The notes under the pieces were generated by a model, which did no database searches, was not told the DNA's origin, and saw only the letters and a list, made by a program, of their open reading frames with translations. 34,853 bases of DNA from Candidatus Asgardarchaeum abyssi. GTDB lineage: Archaea; Asgardarchaeota; Asgardarchaeia; Asgardarchaeales; Asgardarchaeaceae. The DNA lies in NCBI GenBank assembly GCA_040225955.1, contig JBECUL010000020.1:1-34853 (forward strand), written 5' to 3'. Made by a program: the position numbers and the translations under genes. Below, piece by piece: positions 29,017-34,853 of this stretch (its first letter is position 1; each line of letters opens with the position of its first letter).

Positions 29017-29576
29017 GCTCTACATTTGAGAGTAAACCCGTAAAACTTGACGAAGAATTAGCGGAGTTAATAGCTGTACTTTCTTCCCGCTGGAGGGCAC
29101 TTGACGGATCTGTTCATTTTGGAGTTGAGGAGGATAGGCTAAAAAAAGCACTAGACGTAAAAAGCAGAGCTAGTTTAGAAAGAAAGTTAGAAGAAGTGCA
29201 AAAGAAGCTTCTTCCTATGGGTTTAGAAATCGTTAGATATTCATATGAGGGAAAATTCTATTATTGCATTAGAACGATATATGGCGTCCCCTCTGAACTT
29301 ACAGATGAAGAGTATGCGGTTCTTGGTGTTATAATATATCATATTGAAACAAATAAGGAACATGATTATGTTACAAAAAAGCAATTAGAAATAACTCTGG
29401 TTAATGGAAATTATCTAAATATGTATCAATTTGAACAAATTCTTCGTAATTTGGAGATGTTCGGATATATTAAGCGAAGGAGGGGAAATGTATACTATGG
29501 TTCAAGAACGTTAGTTGAATTTGATGAGGAAAGAAGGAGAGCTATTGCAGACGAGGTTAAAGCGTGGTTAGTATAA
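29013..29576 (+). CDS. Putative KITE (tandem winged-helix) subunit, Nse1/Nse3(MAGE)-like
   Basis: ATGA-coupled. LEEVQKKLLPMGLEIVR, LTDEEYAVLGVII, EQILRNLEMFGYI and YYGSRTLVEF resemble recalled Nse1/MAGE WH-A and WH-B motifs. Confidence 0.7.
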   Translation: MSSTFESKPVKLDEELAELIAVLSSRWRALDGSVHFGVEEDRLKKALDVKSRASLERKLEEVQKKLLPMGLEIVRYSYEGKFYYCIRTIYGVPSELTDEEYAVLGVIIYHIETNKEHDYVTKKQLEITLVNGNYLNMYQFEQILRNLEMFGYIKRRRGNVYYGSRTLVEFDEERRRAIADEVKAWLV

Positions 29577-30037
29577 TGAAGCTAAATATTAGAGTGTTAT
29601 ATATTGAGTGTATGGTTTGCAGCTCAAGAGTTTCTATTCGGGATGCTGAAAAATTAGAATGGCGGAAATGTAGAATCTGTGGTGGATTCATATGTCCTGA
29701 TTGTTTAGAGTTAGTTTTGCGCGAAATGAACGGAGTTTGTCCATCGTCAATTTATATGGGATTTAAACCTCACAAGATGGAATTAGATGAAATATCTGCA
29801 CAAGAAATTTTGATACTAGCTAAAGAAATATACTCCAGAGGAAGAGTGGGACCTATAATTAAAGAAGTATTCTATTCAGATCCACTAACAGTTCAGTTTG
29901 AGGCACTTACATTTAGAAAGAAAAAAGCTAAAAAAAGAGACGAGGCAGAAGTTAGAGAGGAAATTTGGCGGAGATACGGATTAGTTTTAGTTAAAAGAGC
30001 AAGGGGGAAATTCGTTACATGGGAACCAATAACATAG
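29576..30037 (+). CDS. RING-like Zn-finger protein (candidate E3)
   Basis: TAATG stop/start overlap at 29574-29578 (alternative GTG at 29564). Ligand pattern C-x2-C-x16-C-x2-C-x4-C-x2-C-x11-C-x10-H. Confidence 0.65.
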   Translation: MKLNIRVLYIECMVCSSRVSIRDAEKLEWRKCRICGGFICPDCLELVLREMNGVCPSSIYMGFKPHKMELDEISAQEILILAKEIYSRGRVGPIIKEVFYSDPLTVQFEALTFRKKKAKKRDEAEVREEIWRRYGLVLVKRARGKFVTWEPIT

Positions 30038-30534
30038 CTTTTGACAAAACAAAAGTATATCCAGTTTATATTCTCTCTAGAGTTGTTGAGGAAATAAAAG
30101 AATTTTGTACAAAGTGCATGCCAAATGAGGCGATAGGAGTTCTGCTTGGTTATAAGCTTAAATTCAATAATAAACTTTACACGAAAATTGTAGATTGGGC
30201 AACTGGATCTGCTAATATTTCTCCCTATCATGCTGAGTTTACCGAAGGAGGAATTTTGGAGTATCATCTATTTATTGAAGAGCGATATATGAACAACAAA
30301 AATAGGCCTCATGTTGTTGGAGTTTTTCATTCTCATCCTTTTGGTACCGATCCTGCATTTTCTGGTATTGACATAAGTACTTTTTCAAATCCTCTATATC
30401 TCGAGAACGGAAATATTTTCATCCTCTTAGATCCATTAATTGATGCGTTTAAAGTGTTTGTGATTGAGAAAGATGAAGGAAATTATATTTTAAGGGAAGC
30501 TGATTGGTGTGAATATTCGCCTCACATCATCTAA
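30019..30534 (+). CDS. JAMM/MPN+ metallo-isopeptidase (Rpn11/CSN5-like)
   Basis: PNEAIGVLLG (catalytic Glu), VVGVFHSHPFGTDPAFSGID, FILLDP. Confidence 0.9.
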   Translation: MGTNNIAFDKTKVYPVYILSRVVEEIKEFCTKCMPNEAIGVLLGYKLKFNNKLYTKIVDWATGSANISPYHAEFTEGGILEYHLFIEERYMNNKNRPHVVGVFHSHPFGTDPAFSGIDISTFSNPLYLENGNIFILLDPLIDAFKVFVIEKDEGNYILREADWCEYSPHII

Positions 30535-30552
30535 GGAGGAAAAAATATCACT

Positions 30553-31428
30553 ATGAGTCCTAAAAATAATTCTGGTGACGAAAAAACTTCAGTATCCTTA
30601 TATTATTTTGAGGAAGATGTCTTCGACAGAACAAGACGCTTTTTCGGCGACGACAAATTAAATATTATAAGAAGAAGTAAGGTTCTTCTTGTTGGTGCTG
30701 GCGCTGTTGGTAACGAAGTCGCTAAGAATTTGGGGCTCTTAGGAATTGGGCAACTCAATTTAGTTGATTATGATATGGTTACAAAATCTAATCTAAATAG
30801 ATGTGTTTTCTTCAGACCTCAGGATCATATGAAAAAATATAAAGTTGAGGCTTTAGCCGAGCGGTTAGGCGAAATATCTAATACTAAAGTTAAGTTTTTC
30901 ATAGGAAAAATTGAGGAGGCTCCTAACACTATTTGGGATGTCGATTTAATAGCTGTTGCTGTAGATAACAATTACGCCAGATGGTTTATTAATGCAAAAA
31001 ACCTGTCGCTGGAGAATCCACTACCTATGGTAAATGGTGCTATGGGCCGTGAATTCGTACAAGTTGATGTTCTTTTCCCTCCTTATACAGCATGTCTCAC
31101 TTGCAGTTGGAGTGAAGACTATTATAGACAAATTATACAAGGTGCAGTGTACGAGAAATGTGATAATTTTTTCATAGATACTCTTCCTAAATTTCCCGCG
31201 ATAAGTTTTGCAACATCATTAGTTGGAGCTATAATGTCTGTTGAAATCGTTAAGATTTTAGTAGGTCTCTCTAAATTTAAGAAAGATCGGAAGTGGGAAC
31301 CTAATTTTGAACCCTTAGTTGGCATGTCCATAAAGTATGATTTTGTTAAGCATAATATCTCTCTTTATAAACTAAATAAAAATCCTGATTGTGTTGAGCC
31401 GCTTTGCAGAAAAAATATTGAATATTAA
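30553..31428 (+). CDS. E1-like ubiquitin-activating enzyme (ThiF/MoeB superfamily, Uba2/Uba3-like)
   Basis: VLLVGAGAVGNEVAKNL, VDYDMVTKSNLNR, VDNNYAR..IN, PPYTACLTC, candidate catalytic Cys in YEKCDN, C-terminal KNPDCVEPLC; AAGGAGG RBS. Confidence 0.9.
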   Translation: MSPKNNSGDEKTSVSLYYFEEDVFDRTRRFFGDDKLNIIRRSKVLLVGAGAVGNEVAKNLGLLGIGQLNLVDYDMVTKSNLNRCVFFRPQDHMKKYKVEALAERLGEISNTKVKFFIGKIEEAPNTIWDVDLIAVAVDNNYARWFINAKNLSLENPLPMVNGAMGREFVQVDVLFPPYTACLTCSWSEDYYRQIIQGAVYEKCDNFFIDTLPKFPAISFATSLVGAIMSVEIVKILVGLSKFKKDRKWEPNFEPLVGMSIKYDFVKHNISLYKLNKNPDCVEPLCRKNIEY

Positions 31429-31516
31429 TAATAATTTTTAGATATTTCATAAGCACAAAATAATTATATTCTGACAATTCACTTTTATCTAAACAGTAGT
31501 TAAAAGGGTGTTTTAT

Positions 31517-32641
31517 ATGACTGAAGAAAAAAAGGTTACATTATCAGTTATTAAAGCCGATGTTGGAAGTTTAGCTGGACATCATGTTGTACACCCAGAC
31601 TTAATTGAAGTAGCTTATACACAACTTAAGGAAGCAAAAGGAAAGGGGATCATCAATGATTTTTATGTGACAAATGTCGGCGATGATCTTCAATTGATAA
31701 TGTTGCACAAGCGAGGGGAAAATGATGAGAAAATCCATGAACTAGCATGGAATACTTTCATGAAGGCCGCTGATAAGGCAAAAGATTTGCATCTCTATGG
31801 AGCAGGTCAAGATTTGCTTTCTGATGCCTTCTCTGGAAATGTAAAAGGTATGGGTCCTGGTGTGGCAGAACTCGAAATAAAGCTACGACCCTCCGAACCG
31901 GTTGTTGTCTTTATGGCAGATAAAACTGAGCCATCAGCATTTAATTTACCGCTATTTAGAATCTTTGCAGACCCATTTAACACAGCAGGTCTTGTAATAG
32001 ATCCTAAGATGCATGGAGAGGACTTAGAACACACAGGATTCAAATTTAAAGTGTTGAATGTGTACGAGGGTGTTTCAGTTGTCTTAAAGACGCCAGAAGA
32101 GATGTATGATTTACTAGCACTCATTGGAAGTACCGATACATACTCAATAGAGCGAATATGGAGATATGACGATGAGCCAGCTGCAGCGGTCTCTACAACA
32201 AAATTAGCTTTAATAGCTCATAAGTATGTAGGAAAAGACGATCCAGTTGCCATTGTTAGGGCACAGTCAGGATTTCCAGCTTTAGGCGAAATTCTTGAAC
32301 CATTTGCATTTCCATTTTCAGTAGCTGGCGGTATGAGAGGTTCTCACTTCATGCCACTAATGCCTTGTCCTCAACCTAAAGCCAGACCAAGCAGATTTGA
32401 TGGTCCTCCAAGAATAGTTGCACTTGGATTTAACTTAACAGAAGATAGACTAATAGGTCCTTCCGACTTATTCGATGACCCATCATTTGATTTAGCTCGT
32501 GACATTGCAAATCAAATAACTACCTACTTTAGATTACATGGCCCATTCATGCCACATAGATTAGGCGAGAAGGAGATGGAGTATACCACTCTTCCACTAG
32601 TCCTGAAGAAACTCAAAGATCGACTTAAGAAAGAAAAATAA
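31517..32641 (+). CDS. fbp: Fructose-1,6-bisphosphate aldolase/phosphatase (class V)
   Basis: LSVIKADVGS..GH, VGDD, LYGAGQDLLSDAFSGN, ADKTEP, YVGKDDPV, RFDGPPR, MEYTTLP. Confidence 0.97.
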   Translation: MTEEKKVTLSVIKADVGSLAGHHVVHPDLIEVAYTQLKEAKGKGIINDFYVTNVGDDLQLIMLHKRGENDEKIHELAWNTFMKAADKAKDLHLYGAGQDLLSDAFSGNVKGMGPGVAELEIKLRPSEPVVVFMADKTEPSAFNLPLFRIFADPFNTAGLVIDPKMHGEDLEHTGFKFKVLNVYEGVSVVLKTPEEMYDLLALIGSTDTYSIERIWRYDDEPAAAVSTTKLALIAHKYVGKDDPVAIVRAQSGFPALGEILEPFAFPFSVAGGMRGSHFMPLMPCPQPKARPSRFDGPPRIVALGFNLTEDRLIGPSDLFDDPSFDLARDIANQITTYFRLHGPFMPHRLGEKEMEYTTLPLVLKKLKDRLKKEK

Positions 32642-32740
32642 TAATACGCACTTCACTTCAATAAACTTTAAATTTCTTCCTTTTTTACTTTTAACTCAAA
32701 TATAAAATTTGGTGGTATGCCATGAGGTTGCGAGGAGATC

Positions 32741-32965
32741 TTGTTTGTCAAAAGAAAACTTATTAAACTTCCTCCTTCTGCTAAATTTGTCTATTGGTTA
32801 ATCTCAGAGTATGGCCCTCTTTCTAGACGGGAACTAGAAAAAATATCTCTAATGCCTCAGAGGACAATTGGTTATGCGCTTAATACTCTTTTAAGGAATG
32901 GCTTAATTTTTAAGGAAAAAAAGAAGAATAGAAATGCACACGTTTTATATTATGTAAACCAGTGA
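32741..32965 (+). CDS. Small winged-helix (MarR/ArsR-like) DNA-binding protein
   Basis: LPPSAKFVY..GPLS..EL...MPQRTIGYALNTL..GLI; GAGGAG RBS before TTG. Confidence 0.85.
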   Translation: MFVKRKLIKLPPSAKFVYWLISEYGPLSRRELEKISLMPQRTIGYALNTLLRNGLIFKEKKKNRNAHVLYYVNQ

Positions 32966-33031
32966 TGGCAATATTTTCCACATGTTTTTAATACTTATAC
33001 TGCAAAAATTGCATATGTGAGAGGGATACAA

Positions 33032-34444
33032 ATGTCAATAAAGATATATAATTATCTAACAAAAACGAAAGAAGAGTTCAAGCCGTTAAATTCTCCTCTG
33101 GTTAAGATGTATGTATGTGGACCAACAGTTTATGATCACAGCCATGTAGGGCACGCTAGAACTTATATAGCATTTGATGTAATACGACGTTATCTTGAAT
33201 ATCGTGGTTATCGAGTAAAATACGTCATGAATATTACCGATATAGACGACAAAATAATAAAGAAAGCGAATGCTCTTAATGTTTCATATGCAGAAGTGTC
33301 AACTAAATATTTATTATCTTTCTTTGAGGATCTACATTCTCTAAATATCAAACCAGCTGATGTGCATCCTCTCGCAACAGCTCATATCCCAGATATGATT
33401 GAACTTATTGAACGACTAATTAAGAAAGGGCTTGCTTATGTCGCAGATGGTGACGTCTATTATGATGTTAGAAAATTTAAGGAATATGGTAAGTTATCAA
33501 AGCAAAGTATAGAAGATATGAAAGCTGGTGCGAGAATTGAACCAACCGAGAAGAAAAGGTTTCCATTGGATTTTGCCTTATGGAAAGCTGCTAAGCCCGG
33601 AGAACCATTTTGGCCAAGTCCATGGGGATATGGCCGTCCAGGATGGCATATTGAATGTTCTGCAATGGTGATGCGTCATCTTGGCGAGCAAATAGACATT
33701 CACGGAGGTGGGTTAGACTTAATTTTTCCTCACCACGAAAATGAAATAGCTCAAAGTGAAGGTGCTACTGGAAAGCAATTTGCAAAATATTGGATGTACA
33801 CAGGGCTTTTAACAATTCGTGGAGATAAAATGAGTAAGAGTTTAGGTAACATAATTACAATAAAAGAAGCTCTTAAAAAGTGGGATCCTGGAGCATTACG
33901 ATTATTCGTCCTAACGACACACTACAGAAGTCCTATAGATTTTAGTGAGGAATCTCTAGAAAGTGCTACTGCATCACTAAAGCGTCTGTATACAGTAAGA
34001 CAAAATCTTCGCATTGCAATTGAAGAAGCTGATGAAAGAAAAGAACTTAATGATGCCGAAAAGAAATTTATGGAAATCATACGAAAATCAAAAGACGAGT
34101 TTATTAAGCACATGGATGATGATTTTAATACTCCACAAGCTCTAGCAACATTGTTCACCTTTGTAAGGCTTCTAAATTTATACCTAGATAAACTAAAAGC
34201 AAGATCTGTTATTGAAAAGGCGGATTCATTTTTAGAAGAAGTTATTGACGTTTTTGGAATTCCAAAGGAAGAAGAGGGCATTAGTGTTGATTTCAAAAAA
34301 CTGCTTGAATTGATAATTAATGTTAGATCCGAGCTAAGAAGAAATAAGATGTACGAACTCTCAGACTTAATACGAGAAAAGCTAAGAGAGCTTGGTATAG
34401 AATTGCAAGATACAAAGAAAGGGACTCGGTACTACATATTATGA
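33032..34444 (+). CDS. cysS: Cysteine--tRNA ligase
   Basis: MYVCGPTVYD, HVGH, DFALWK, GRPGWHIECSAM, DLIFPHHENE, KMSKS, DDDFNTP. Confidence 0.98.
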   Translation: MSIKIYNYLTKTKEEFKPLNSPLVKMYVCGPTVYDHSHVGHARTYIAFDVIRRYLEYRGYRVKYVMNITDIDDKIIKKANALNVSYAEVSTKYLLSFFEDLHSLNIKPADVHPLATAHIPDMIELIERLIKKGLAYVADGDVYYDVRKFKEYGKLSKQSIEDMKAGARIEPTEKKRFPLDFALWKAAKPGEPFWPSPWGYGRPGWHIECSAMVMRHLGEQIDIHGGGLDLIFPHHENEIAQSEGATGKQFAKYWMYTGLLTIRGDKMSKSLGNIITIKEALKKWDPGALRLFVLTTHYRSPIDFSEESLESATASLKRLYTVRQNLRIAIEEADERKELNDAEKKFMEIIRKSKDEFIKHMDDDFNTPQALATLFTFVRLLNLYLDKLKARSVIEKADSFLEEVIDVFGIPKEEEGISVDFKKLLELIINVRSELRRNKMYELSDLIREKLRELGIELQDTKKGTRYYIL

Positions 34445-34747
34445 GATAGTATTTTCATAAAGCCACTTAAATTAGTCATTATTTTTTAACTCTGATTCTA
34501 ATATATTCCAGATAAGTGATGGGCTTTCACATGTTGCTTTTTTCCTTAAATGTGGTAACATCCGAAAATAGGTGATTATAAATGATTTACCATGAACCTT
34601 CAACTCCTAAGTGCTAAAACAGTGTTATATCACCTATTCTCAAATGTTACCTAAATGTTCAGTACTTCCGCACTAATTAGGTGAAAAATCCGTATTGGCT
34701 GCGAAAAAATTATTTTTCCGCCGCACTCCTTTTTGTCGGTGAAAAAA

Positions 34748-34853
34748 ATGATAGAAATAGAATACACAACCATAGTTGCGTATTTGATTGGATTCGCCCT
34801 CGGATGGGCATTCCACTCGGCAAGGAGTGCAGCCACACCGCAGCCAATACGGA
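34748..34853 (+). CDS. Partial ORF with N-terminal hydrophobic segment (MIEIEYTTIVAYLIGFALGWAF...)
   Basis: GGTGA RBS at 34738, ATG 34748, open to the window edge. Confidence 0.45.
   Translation, partial: MIEIEYTTIVAYLIGFALGWAFHSARSAATPQPIR

Noticed and set aside
25427-29576. Wadjet (JetABCD/MksBEFG) or Rad50/SbcC assignment
   Set aside because: No Toprim JetD, Mre11 or zinc hook; SMC comes first in the operon; motifs fit Smc5/6 better. A distant relationship to JetC is not excluded.
30019-31428. Type II CBASS/Pycsar or Bil defence system
   Set aside because: No nucleotide cyclase, effector, E2 domain or Ubl gene in the locus.
34571-34684. ORF after GGTGA RBS at 34571
   Set aside because: All ATG-initiated frames close within about 20 codons.

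Overview
AT-rich archaeal chromosomal window, probably from a thermophile. Evidence: GGTGA/GGAGG ribosome-binding sites, archaeal-type TpiA, FBP aldolase/phosphatase and a KaiC-like/HTH pair; the eukaryote-like genes suggest an Asgard-related lineage (inference). It opens with a degraded, GC-richer IS element (1-1711), followed mostly by housekeeping, metabolite-repair and RNA-modification genes. Main highlight: a tightly coupled six-gene operon (25427-31428) encoding an Smc5/6-like ATPase, an Nse4-like kleisin, an Nse1/Nse3-like tandem winged-helix (KITE) protein, an adjacent Nse1-like RING/Zn finger, an Rpn11-like JAMM isopeptidase and a Uba2/Uba3-like E1. This looks like an archaeal SMC5/6 complex linked to ubiquitin-like conjugation, with Nse1 apparently split over two genes. 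Second highlight: an EF-G/RF3/TetM-like translational GTPase fused to an intact-looking YqgF (RNase H-fold) nuclease (6360-8603). Also notable are a small protein + membrane protein + HerA/VirB4-like ATPase cassette and a Hef/FANCM-like helicase with rewritten motifs. All family comparisons are from recalled motifs; no searches were run.
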